Part shown: positions 25,501 to 36,400 of the stretch, in pieces | Layout: each line of letters starts with the position of its first letter | How positions within the stretch are numbered: the first letter of the stretch is position 1 | Assembly: GCA_020137815.1 (NCBI GenBank) | Contig: CM035353.1 | Span: 868,001-932,000 of the forward strand | DNA length: 64,000 bases | DNA from: Hormiphora californensis | Taxonomy: Eukaryota; Animalia; Ctenophora | Reading direction: 5' to 3' | The notes under the pieces: model-generated | The model's database searches: none | What the model saw: only the letters and a program-made list of their open reading frames with translations | Told to the model about the DNA's origin: nothing | Translations under genes and position numbers: made by a program

Positions 25501-25803
25501 CACGAGAGGGAAAAGGTTTTGAATTACAACGACAGAGTCCTTCAGGTCGAGAAGGCAACTTTCACACCTCTAGTCTTCTCAACAACTGGGGTTATGGGCC
25601 CCCAAGCGGAGGTGTTCTACAAGAAGGTTGCTAAACTTTTATCAGACAAAACGGGACATACTTACAACGATGCCATCCGGTACATTCGTCTCCGTCTGTC
25701 TTTCTCGCTGCTGAAGACCATTCTCATCGCCATCAGGGGGTACAGGGGCAATAAATGGACACATTTTTGTAGCAAAACAAACGATTTTCACCTTATTATC
25801 TGA
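22501..25803 (+). CDS. CRE-clade-like non-LTR retrotransposon protein: PHD finger, reverse transcriptase, CCHC knuckle, restriction-like endonuclease
   Basis: C4HC3 PHD; RPIGIGE, DASNAFN, GTTQGD, YADD, YLG; CACG..HCLSC; RHN; RLD..DIRV..EK..Y; uninterrupted; true start may be 22570 or 22585. Confidence 0.92.
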   Translation: MRFQTFINYNVKLFIEVVLVAALMAVSGMNDNPENQNSSVRRSKRRQVPNSKYVDVPMSNTPSSNSKPTPPTSSTLLHTTHVPNDHIQVTNPLEPTANELCKTCNKDFDPITSYPSLFCNSCNLWYHYTCANMSESEYETAATDQEAEWFCHNCSGIPDYIPATPLTSTWGGISGQTIMSDLSSAYFEIVGWRPNLFKLPKGAAGQAFVSEVNRLINAWTIKSDLEQVAMLAVNTIGALVLQKPGKRSTPKEHTTALTRRLELWKNGQFLDLLSEARAIQKQIRSSTQSSESTSKGFARLMLAGKVNKAMRLLCISHSAPLEVTTGLIRDLEKKHPPDAPLNRTHLVSSLPAPGFERVIFDSIDGLMIKKAAKSTRGGCGPSGMSSELWSRMLSSKAFTQEGDNLSSSLARLTRRLCTELVDPSPLSPLLSCRLIGLSKDQGTGVRPIGIGEVLRRIIGRAVTQHLRQDIIQSAGPLQLAAGQEGGCEASVHAMNDYFLRDSTEGILCADASNAFNILNRKTALVNMRYLCPVFSVFLINFYRSHTKLFLYNGEYIMSCEGTTQGDNAASPFHSISLYPLMNDLSDCTDFQLFYADDGASARKLHNIKRWWEKLCERGPGYGYYPNGSKSILLVKEQYARKARDLFAGTGVVITTEGVRYLGSPIGTDEFKNNFVSEKVEDWVNQVRTLSQIAATEPQCAYSGYTFGLSKKWLFLMRTTEGIEEQFAPLENMIKSSFIPALMGSNTPSHLRYIAALPARDGGLAIPIPTTQASAEFANSTQATEPLKQLILEQSLLIGEKRADSCLWEAKGAKCNVLRLKRTIQNAEKQQACSLLSGTDRRLFDEISSRGASSWLTALPLKEHGFVLNKQQFRDAILLRYNLPLEDVPAACACGKANTLEHCLSCALGGYVYLRHNNIRDLTANILVEAGCKDVRIEPQLLPITGETFQYRSTNTANSARLDVSTRNVWSDLDKVYTDIRVFNSLAPTNIGKSLQDTMRRHEREKVLNYNDRVLQVEKATFTPLVFSTTGVMGPQAEVFYKKVAKLLSDKTGHTYNDAIRYIRLRLSFSLLKTILIAIRGYRGNKWTHFCSKTNDFHLII

Positions 25804-26249
25804 TTTATTTATACTTAACTTATTACACCCGTAAGAGTAAATTTTATTTTTATATCTATTCATGTAAATAATATTGTACTGACATATTTTCTATTTGAAC
25901 CGGTACCCCGGCCTTCGCAAAAAAAGTTTTCACTAAAGTTTTAGTTAGCCATCAAGGAGTATCCAGATAACTTTTTGTGAAAATCGCTGCTGTTCTCTCT
26001 CACTAATTTTTAACCAACTTTCCAATTTCTGTAGCCTAAATCTGATCGAAACTGTTCTGAACAATAAAATTACCGTGTTTTCTTTTTACCACCTCAATTT
26101 ACTGGTCCCTCCAGTCAAACCAAAATTTTAGTCATAACATTAACTTTGACATTTCTAGCAAGTTGATTTGTCCATTGTGCATTAAATATGGATGTGTGAC
26201 CCCATTAGAACATTAAAGCTTGGTCAGACTCATCTAGCTGTTCAACGCA

Positions 26250-28595
26250 ATACCTTTACAAAACCTACGCAATACAGAACTTTCTCTTCACACTGGCACC
26301 TTGCACAGTTGATGAACCGGCAGCCAGTTGCTGATCTGTAGATGAACCATCCACAAAGTGGACCCCCGCACGAGTTTTACCCTCCATGCGTACCCAGACT
26401 CTTTCCCACTTTGTTCCAGTTCTTGGTACTTCTTTTGAGTCAGCTTCTTTCCTCTGTATTCGCCTGAGAAAAAGGGGTGTTGTATTTTACAGATATGGAA
26501 AAAGTTATACATAATGCAATGGAGCAAGAAACAAAGCTTATTGATCATATTATCTAGCTAGCCCATTATCTTAACAAACTCACCAATGATGACTCCAGGT
26601 CTGATAAACTCTGAAGCGAAGACACCAAACCCAGCATTGGATATTTTGGATGTGTCTATCTTGATGAAACTGGGGACGGGGAACTTTTTGGGATCTTTAG
26701 TACCGGAAGCAGTAATGATCTCCGAACAAGGTTCCAGGTCGCCATGTAGCTCACAAATAGAGGGAACAAAGTCCTTACACCTCCAACAATCTGAATAAAG
26801 AAATTGGGGTCATATATAAATTGACGGGGAAAGAGTTTTTTTAATTTCTAATCTAAATCTGTTGATTTCCCATTGACACTTACAATAATCATCAGTATCA
26901 TCATCATCACAAAGAGTGTATGAGACCCCTTCCTTAGCTTTCCTCACCGGGTTCCTTCTAACACTCCCCTCCCCTTCCTCATTCTTACTTCCCACAGCTT
27001 CTTCTTGGGGTAGTTGTATACAAGAAAGTTCCGTTATTCCAGAATCCTTGTTCTCACTGTTTAGATACCTCGTCACATTATCTTCATCTCCAAGAAAATC
27101 AAAATCATCTATTTCATCTTGTTTATCATGTAATGTAGTGGGTGCTGATGTGGGGGTTGTTGGTTGTGGACTAATCAATTGGGTGTCTGCAGATTCGGTA
27201 CTGTTCTGGGCATCTTTTTCAGGGACACTTTCATCGTCTGGTATAACAATCCTCTCAAATTCTATCAGAATATCCCGCATCTTTTTATCAAACCTAGTCA
27301 GGAATTAGAAGGTCGTATAATTATGGGAAACTAAGAATGGCATTGGCAAAAAAGAAAGATCTATCAGGATAAGTTAAAACTTTCTTCCTGCTCCAAACTC
27401 ACTCTTCATTTGAAAGATCGTCTTTTTGTTTAGTCAAAGACAGGATTTCCGCAGTATATTGGTTAACTTTATTCAACTCAACTTCCTCAAGAAACTCTTC
27501 TTCAGGATGCGGAAAGAGCGGGTAACAAGACACTGATTCCAAACTTTCCAGTTGCCTTTTCAACTCTGCATCACTGCAACAGAAAAGAAAAGTTAACTTC
27601 AACAATTCAAGCTGAATTAAATACCAGTAAAAGGAAGACAACATCAAAGATCCAGAATTCAAACCTTAAATTTTGCAGCTCCATTTTAGCACCTTTAGTT
27701 TCTTCTTTTAGAAATAACAGCTCTTCTTCAGTCAGGGTTTCTTCTAAACATTCCAACATTTCGTTTTTAGATCCAGGGCTAAATTCCATAACACTCCTCA
27801 TATCAAAAACTGTGTCAGCAACCACATTGAGAGATCCTCTGGTGCAGTAATGCCGTTATCTTATTCAAACTATCTGGAATTGACTGGATCAATATCTCGT
27901 CTAGATCAACGTCCGGTTCTTTGTATCTTTGTTAACCTGGGATTAAGAGTGCATTTAGTCAAATGTGTGTGTTTTAGTGTGATACAAAATAACAAACTTG
28001 AGGAATTCAACAAAAGTTGGTAAACTACCACTTACTTTCTAGCAATGTGAATGAGGTGTTGTGGTACTCTTTCCAAGTCCTCCATTTCTTGTTTTATTAG
28101 AACTGGAGATAGTTCCTCAGAGACACGTTCCTTCCCCGACTTGGGACGGGAGAATTCAGGAGTTGGAAGACAGGTGTACGGGGGGGTGCCCTCTCTTGGA
28201 TCGGTATCAGTATCTTCTTCTAGAGATTCTAAACCCTCCTTGTGCCTTTTCATAGCTTCTTGAACTGAACCAAAGGATGAAGTGTTACATCATGATACAG
28301 TAGTTAAGATAGAAAAGATTGTTATGTTCTAACCCTCCCTTTACATTTGTAAGGGTGCCCAAAACAGGGTCTAGCTAGGCAAAGAAAACTATGATTTGTT
28401 ACACTTACATCTTTCAAGTCTTGCCCTATCTTTAGCCCAGGAAGAGGGACGGTAGTTGTAAAAGTGGCTGTCAGCTGAGAGCAGACCAACTTCAACCATC
28501 TTCTCCCAGTTTTGGTAGATTCTCTGAAACCTCTGTAATTCGTACTCGGTGCTCTCTTCAAAGTACCGCATACCTTCGTAAACTTTCCAAACCAT
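26250..28595 (-). pseudogene. PRDM7/9-like copy C: 5' exons to part of PR/SET, frameshifted, no zinc-finger exon
   Basis: Exons 28595-28409, 28264-28036, 27936-27665, 27573-27403, 27293-26884, 26790-26584, 26463-~26253 parallel copy A; several 1-bp deletions; a very degraded next exon near 26030-26120. Confidence 0.75.
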
Positions 28596-28987
28596 GGCTA
28601 AACGAAGGTGATAATGTTATAATTAGCTAAGTGAGTTACTGTTCAGATGGTGGAAAGTTTGCATATTGCATAAACATAGACAAGCTGAGTTGAAGATAGG
28701 ATACGTATCACTTGGATAGTGATGTAGAGGGAACAGAAGCTTGTCAAAGTTTGGTTTGAGAGAATTGAAACTATTACCTCACAAATTATTGAAAATAATA
28801 ATAATATTAATAACAAGAATAAAGTGACGTCATATTTTGTTGCAAAATACACGATACACCCGAGTCCCTAACTTAACACACAATTTTCCTACAACCAACA
28901 ACACCATCACATAACTTTTTCGGACCAAATTATGTAGCGTGTTAAACATTAATTGGTTCAATTCCCAATGTGAATGATATCATCAAT

Positions 28988-30313
28988 TCAAGGTCTCTGT
29001 GGACAGGTAAACTCATGTCTCCTTGAATGTGCAGCCTGGGTAAACCTTTTCTCACAGTAAGAGCAGGCAAAGGGTTTCTCCTCAGTGTGTATCATCATGT
29101 GTTTTGTAAGATTACTACTATGACCAAACCCCTTACCACACACCGTACACTTGTGTGGTTGGGCACCTGAGTGTACCAGTTGGTGTCTCTTGTAAGTACT
29201 CTTCCGTGTAAACCCCTTACCACAGTACTCGCACTGAAACGGGCGTACACCACTGTGCGTCAAGATGTGCCTGGATAAATTTACGGAACTTTCAAATGAC
29301 ATGGGACACACGGTACATTGGTGTTTCTTTATCGGGTGTTCAGTTCTGATGTGCTCGTACAACTCCTCCTGGGACGGTTTCTTGACACCACACTGTTTAT
29401 ACCTACATTTGAAGGTCTGTGTACTGCTGTGGTGTTTGTGTACATGAAGAGTAAGACTGCTCTTTTGTAATAGCACTGTAGTTACACTGGTTACATTGAA
29501 ACACCTTCTCCTCTGAGTGTGTAGCTGCGTGTTTTTCGTAATGTTCCTTATAATCAGTAAGGTAACCACAATACAAACACTTGTAGTTTCCTACACCCTC
29601 GTGTATATTCCTGATATGACTGCGAAATCGGCCTTTATCAGCATATCTCTTGTCACACTTGAGACACTGGTGGATCCTCTTTGGTTCAATACTACGGTTC
29701 ACTTTCCGTTTCACAATGCTACATTGATGGTTCAGTAGTTCAGTCTCGGTTTTGAAGAGTCGATGGCAGTTAGGTTTCTTGCAGTGGTACTTCTTATCTG
29801 AGGATGAAGCTTTGTTAATTCATCAAACAAACAAATTATATCAAGCATGGCCATCAATTATTAACGGATTAGTTTCACAACAGAAATCAGAGGCACTTAC
29901 CATCACTAGAATCCTGACGGCAGATGTCATAGCCAAGATCAGAGAAATATTCATCACCGTAAAATAGTAGTAACTCCTGGCCCATTCTAATTGGTTTGTA
30001 CGAATAATACTGGACCACACCTGAGAGGAAATAATAACTGTTGAATGAAAAGCATTTACTTAACGTCTAATCCTATTGAATAAAGTCGATCAAAACAACA
30101 AAATACCTTTATAAACTCGCATCAGAACGTTCTCTTCACACTGGCCCCTTGCACAGTTGATGAACCGGAGCCAGTTGCTTGATCTGTAGGATGAACCATC
30201 CACAAAGTGGACCCCTTTACTGGTTTTAACCTTCCATGCGTACCCAGACTCTTTTCCACTTTGTTCCAGTTCTTGGTACTTCTTTTGAGTTAGCGTCTTT
30301 CCTCTGTACTCCC
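28988..30313 (-). CDS. PRDM7/9-like partial copy B: two PR/SET exons plus a complete C2H2 zinc-finger exon (~9 fingers)
   Basis: Exons 30313-30107 (EYRG..NWLRFINCAR), 30020-29901 (ELLLFYGDEY), 29797-28988; one +1 frameshift in an A-run near 29465, possibly a sequencing error. Confidence 0.8.
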
Positions 30314-30444
30314 CTGAGAAAAGGGGGTGTTGTATTTTACAGCTTTGGAAAAAGTCTAATCTACAATAAATCACGAAACGGAGCTAATCGATCTCATTAT
30401 CCCATTATCTAGCTAGCCCATTATTGTACAGTGTACTGTGACTA

Positions 30445-33400
30445 TGAGTGGGTACTGTTCAGTTCTGATGTGCTCGTACAAATCCTCCTGGGACGGTTTC
30501 TTGATACCACACTGTTTATACCTACATCTGAAGGTCTTTGTGCTGCTGTGGTGTCTATGTACATGCAGAGTAAGACTTCTCTTTTCAATGGCACTGTAGT
30601 TACACTGGTTACATTGAAACACCTTCTCCTCTGAGTGTGTAGCTGCGTGTTTTTCGTAATCACCCTTATGATCACAAAAGTAACCACAGTACCAAACACT
30701 TGTAATTTCCTACACCCTCGTGTACATTCCTGATGTGACTGCGAAGCATTTGTTTTACAGTATATCTCTTGTCACACTTGGGACACTGGTGGATCTTCTT
30801 TGGTTCAATACTACGGTTAACTTTCCGTTTCACAATGCTACATTGGTGGTTCAGCAGTTCAGTCTCGGTTTTGAAGAGTCGATGGCAGTTAGGTTTCTTG
30901 CAGTGGTACTTCTTATCTGAGGATGAGGTTTTGTTAATTCATCAACCAATCAAATAGCAAGCCTGGCCATCAATTATTGACGGCTTACGCTCCAGTTGCA
31001 GATTGGAAACTGACACAGGTGCAGGGAATTGGAACTGACACTCAGCCAGTTAGTAGTGGAGACTCCCGATGAACCATGCTGCGCGCGACATCTTCGATGA
31101 CTAGCAGGAATTTCGATGTAAATTGCATTGAAATTAAAGTCGGATTTTTTGAAGTTGTCACCCCCCTTTTCACGTGCGGCGTCGTATTTGCGCGTGACAC
31201 GGGGGGGGATCAACACTTAACTGCATGATACTCATGCCGATAACTGCCAAATTTTCAAAAATTTTTTGACACCCACCACCCCTCACATATTTTGCACTTA
31301 AGTCCCACATTTAACTGCCGCCACATCTGAAAATGTAGACCCACCCCCCAAATCTAGCTAAAAGGGAGCTAAAAATAGCACGAAAGACACGGAGAGACTT
31401 ATATATTGTGTCTAAAATCAACTGCCATCAACTAAGAACAATACAGACCAGTTTAGGTAACGGATCCGAATTCCGAATTGGTTAGTATGAGACTCTTAGA
31501 GTGGCATGCGTAAAAAATATTCGCCACACACATGTGATAGGCACGCAAAAAATAACGAGCGCGCGAAAAAGGGGGTTGAAGACTTCAAAAAATCGGCCAT
31601 TTAGAGCAGTTATTTAAATTTTCACCATATAAACACCCCTAGACCCCCTATTTTTAGGCAGTTAAGTGTACAACTTAACTGCCGGACCCCTCGTACACCC
31701 ACCCACCCTAACTGGCATGAGTGTCACAAAGTTAAATGTTGATCCCCCCCCGCGTGACAGCCCCTACTTGCTCTCACTTTTCGGCAAAAATCCGCATATC
31801 ATCAGAAAGAGCATAAATTTGTGAGTCCGTAAAACTTTTGTTTGACGAAATTGGTCAAGAAACAAAGGCGTGACTGCGTGAGAGCCAAAACAAGTGTCCG
31901 ACAGGTTTCCGACGCGCAAATATTATTATTATTATTATTCAATCTAATTCAATACATATAACAATAACAATTGAATACATATTGACACTCCTTTTAGCGA
32001 GTAATAAAACGGTTGTCCGGTAAAAAGTACATGTTATGCTGATGCCGATTCAAAAGTCCAAGAGGTAATTATATATAGATTAGGTACTGTAATAATAAAT
32101 AGTAAGTTGATAGATAGATAGTTAAATAAGGGTAGATACTTAGATGATTAACTAGGGGATAACTAGGGGTAGAAAAGATGCAGAACAGCTAAATATAGCA
32201 TAGTAAAATAAATTAGTATAGTCGCTGAGTCAAATTAAGCTGTACAGTTAAAACAGATTTTAAAATAAATAGAAAAATAGAAATTACCCTCACATACATG
32301 CTCATACCCAAAAGTATACAGTACACACACATACACACACACACACACACACAAACACACAAAAAACACACTCACACAAACAAGCATGTCCGTAAAAAAC
32401 ACAGACACAGAGTCACACATGACACAGGAATAGTAATAAGTTAAGATAGGATATTATTATAAGTAGTATTAATGATTTAAATAGGCAGTGAAGTGTGCTT
32501 GGCCAGCGGGTTGTAAAACTATGTTATTTTAAGTGGTAGATAGGCTAATTAAGTAATTAGGTGAGGATAAGTTTAACTGGTAAGGAGCTCATCATTAAAA
32601 GTGGAGTTTTCTGTGACCTCATAAACAAGCTTTCTAAACTTATGCTTAAGGTTTCTATCTCTAGAAAAGATAAGTGCTAGGTGGAAGTTGCCAGTGCAAA
32701 CCGAGACCACACGACACTGGTCCCTAAGAGCCGATACCGCCCCGACAGCTGGACATTGGAAGAGCTTGTGGAAGGGTGAGTCGTGGTGCATGCCGCATTC
32801 AAGGCAGTAAGGTTCCTCTACGTTCCTGTCAATTCGTTGATAGCTGCCGACAAAGTTTTGAAATCTTAAGCTATGCCCGTGGATGTAGTCCATAGTCAAC
32901 GAAGAGTGCCTTCTGTCCATACTCCTATTGGTAAGAGGGGCTATGGAAACCGCTTCAGTATCCACAATAGATCGTAGCTCTTCAACCGTCGTAGTAGGAG
33001 AGTCGTCAGCAGAGATGTTCGTGATGTTAGCCTTGACGTGATCGTCCCACAATTTGTGCGTGAACATGTCCATAGTGTCCCGGGAATAGAGAAACTCTTC
33101 CGACTCATATGACAGTAGATCGCATGATCGAATAAATGATCGTCTCCGTCCCGTTTGAGATTCCGCTCTCTGTGCAGTCCAATGGAGATACCTTTTAGTT
33201 TCCACAATATGTCCATAGAAAGGGTGGCTTGCCTCATGCTCAATTTGGAGCAATTTAGCAGTCATGGTGTCTCCCGCTGTAAGACCTTTTAGGACAAACT
33301 TCGTTGTGAGTACTGTCAAAATAATCGGTAGAGGGGGTATACCAATAAGAAGGTCAGCTAGTGTTTTCGAGATGTGAAATTGGCTTCCAATAATCTTCAG

Positions 33401-36400
33401 TTTAGCCCTTGCAATTAGATCGTTAAAACTGTCCAATCTGTTACGAAGCCATAGAGGTGCTCCGTATAGAAGTTTGGTAAGGATTACCATTCGGAACAGG
33501 AGCGAGAGGCCGTTGTTGTTTATTCCAGCTAACCTGGTAGTCCCACCCGACAGCTTACTCCAGGAATTCCAACACTTTTGCAAAGTGTAGACAGCATGCT
33601 TTTTAAAGCTCAGGTCTGTGTCGAGAATGATTCCCAGCACCTTGCTAGAGTCCGTGTAGAGAATTTCTCTGGGTCCAAGGTACATAGGTTGTGGGGTAGA
33701 TGATACTTCTTGATTCCTTGGGTGGATCACGAGAATCTCAGTTTTCCCTCTGTCGCAATTGATGACCAATCTCCATAGACGGCACCATTTCTGGATGTAA
33801 TTGAGCACGCAGGACAGAGCTGTTTCACATTGAAGTTGATCTCCGGTTATTACAACCGTGCCATCATCAGCGAACTTAAACGTTTCGCATCTTTCTCGGG
33901 CGTCCTCGGGTATATTCTTCGTTTGTAAGAGATCCGAAACGTATATGATGAATAGCACAGGGGAAATGACTGCCCCCTGCGGTAGCCCGATAAGAGTGCA
34001 GTTCCGGGGAGAACCAATTTTACCGTTTATCTTCAGCTTCACTTTTCGTGATGACAAGAAACAATTTACCAGACGTAGGATGTTCCCCTTTATTCCAGCT
34101 TTATAGAGTTTGTAAATTAGGCAGGGGATGGGGACGCTGTCGAAAGCCTTTTCGAAATCCAAGAGAAGTAAAAAGGCAGTTGCTTTTCTCCGTCTGTTCT
34201 CGTGCAGTGTAGCCAGGAGACGGTATAAGTACCGTGTTGTGTTTCGTATGGGAAGAAAACCTTCTTGCTCGTCTTCCAAGATGTTTTCCTCGTAACAATG
34301 AGCCCTGATCCTCTTATCCATAACTCGCTCAAACATTTTACCAACATAGCTTCCAATTGAGATCGGTCGAAAAGATCCAGGTTTAAGGTAAGATGATTTT
34401 CCTTGTTTCTTGATAAACGATACTATGGCTGTTTTCCATGGCCAAACCGAGGTAACGAGGCAGTTGGTGAAAAGTTTTGCCAAGAACATCCTTGCTAAAG
34501 GGCCAAGGTGTTTCAATGTCACGGGGTGTACTCCATCTCCATCTGTAGATTTGCTTCCACTGCCCTGCCGCAAATAAAAAATCGCGCGCCACCCAGGGGG
34601 GGGGGGGTGACAACTTCAAAAAATCCGACTTTAGTTGCCCCGTGCAGTGTCAGCAGCAGAGTGAATCTCTGACATCAAGAAAATGGCGCCAGTAGTCGAA
34701 TCTCTAACTGAGGCCTTAGTTTCACAATAGAAATCTGAGGCACTTACCATCACTAGAATCCTGACGACAGATGTCATAGCCAAGATCAGAGAAATATTCA
34801 TCACCGTAAAATAGTAGTAATTCCTGGCCCATTCTTATTGGTTTGTAGGAATAATACTGGACCACACCTGAGAGGAAATAATTACTGTTGAATGAAATAA
34901 CGAAAACTAAGAAACCCATTTACTCAACGTATATTCCTATTCAATAAAGTCGATCAAAACAATGAAATACCTTTATAAACTCGCATTAGAACGTTCTCTT
35001 CACACTGGCCCCTTGCACAGTTGATGAACCGGAGCCAGTTGCTTGATCTGTAGGATGAACCATCCACAAAGTGGACCCCCTCACTAGTTTTAACCTTCCA
35101 TGCGTACCCAGACTCTTTTCCACTTTGTTCCAGTTCTTGGTACTTCTTTTGAGTCAGCTTCTTTCCTCTGTACTCGCCTGAGAAAGGGAGCGTGTGGGGC
35201 AATAAAAATGCCCCCCCCCCCCCCAAGTCTACCATAGTTCCAGATATCGTGGAGCACTAAAATTTGGTACAGTTACTCTATGAGACAAATAAATAACTTG
35301 ACCAAAATTTCAGACCTCTAGCTCAAAATTCATTTTTTCCCTGCCCGGGTGAATGCCCTTCGGGCATTCACCCGGGATGATGTTTTTAGCACGCACGTGC
35401 TAAAAAGATCATTCAGGGTTTAGAAATCAGCAGATCGTGGAGTTAACTAAATGTCCGTCTGTCCGTCTGTCCACCGTTACGCATAGTAACAAAGTCTGCT
35501 CCTTCATAAAACTTTCAGCTCACACTTTGTTGATGCATCAAAGGAAATGATTAACACACATTTTGGCGTGCAATTACTCACTCATAACACTTCCTACTTT
35601 CACCTGAAATCACTTTGGGTACCCTACAGCCGTACCATGACGTGGTAGCAAGTCTTCTAAGCATGAAACTACTATCACACAATAATTGTAAGTGACTGGA
35701 GTTAAGATGAGGGTAATATAAAGTTGAAGCACTTGGTAACCAACTAGGGTCTCCTAAGTAACTGTCTTGGTTATCATAGCAACTGCCTTGGTTACCATAG
35801 CAACTGCTTTGAATACCATAGCAACCACCCTGGATACCATAGCAACTAACATCGTATCAGCCAAAAATTGCTCTTTGAGTGCAAAATTAATCGGGAAATC
35901 CAGTTTTGAAGCTTAGTCATCAATTTTACACCCATCTGCACTGGGCCAGCGAAACACCGCATTATGAATACATAATGCAATAATTCTTGTTTTGATCGGA
36001 ATGAACATCGTTATTCATTCCATAATAAAATAATTTCCGGTCCAAAATTTAACCAATTATGTTTCGCTATCGATTAGCTTTCCAATGTGACCAAGATCAG
36101 TTAAATTGGACAACCACAAGAGACACAGTGTCATGTTTCTTGAAGTTAGTCAGGACATGTGATCCTCACCGAATCGTTGAGTATCCGGGGATTGCTAATC
36201 GGGCCAAGGGGCAGACGAATCACGTATCATGGCAGGGTGATGTGATTCGAGGAAAGAGGACATTTATCAAAGAGCTACCGATCTCATGACCAATCAGCAT
36301 CGTCATCCCTCATTAGTAGCCGTGATACGTGATTCTCTACCACTTAGACCGATTCACAATACTGAACACTCAATGATTCGGTGAGGATCACATGACCTGA

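Larger units (their letters stand above)
22253..26005 (+). mobile_element. 3.75-kb unit bounded by 80-bp inverted repeats, carrying a CRE-like RT ORF
   Basis: 22253-22332 vs reverse complement of 25926-26005 match 78/80; outermost TA on both sides; left flank is a (TA)n tract. Confidence 0.85.
31137..34631. mobile_element. Non-autonomous TIR element, TA-flanked, middle layer of the nest
   Basis: ta|aagtcggattttttgaagttgtcacccccc...ggggggtgacaacttcaaaaaatccgactt|ta. Confidence 0.8.
30988..34715. mobile_element. Degenerate TIR element with TTA TSD (PIF/Harbinger-like), outer layer of a nest
   Basis: Absent from the paralogous intron near 29870; tta|cgctccagttgcagatt...aatctctaactgaggcc|tta. 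Confidence 0.65.

Noticed and set aside
22524-25503. Antisense ORFs over the CRE-like ORF
   Set aside because: Shadow frames of a long coding sequence with no recognisable motifs
31137-34631. Second apparent RT-inside-TIR element
   Set aside because: The RT has its own TSD, AAT tail and 5' truncation: an ordinary LINE nested in a MITE
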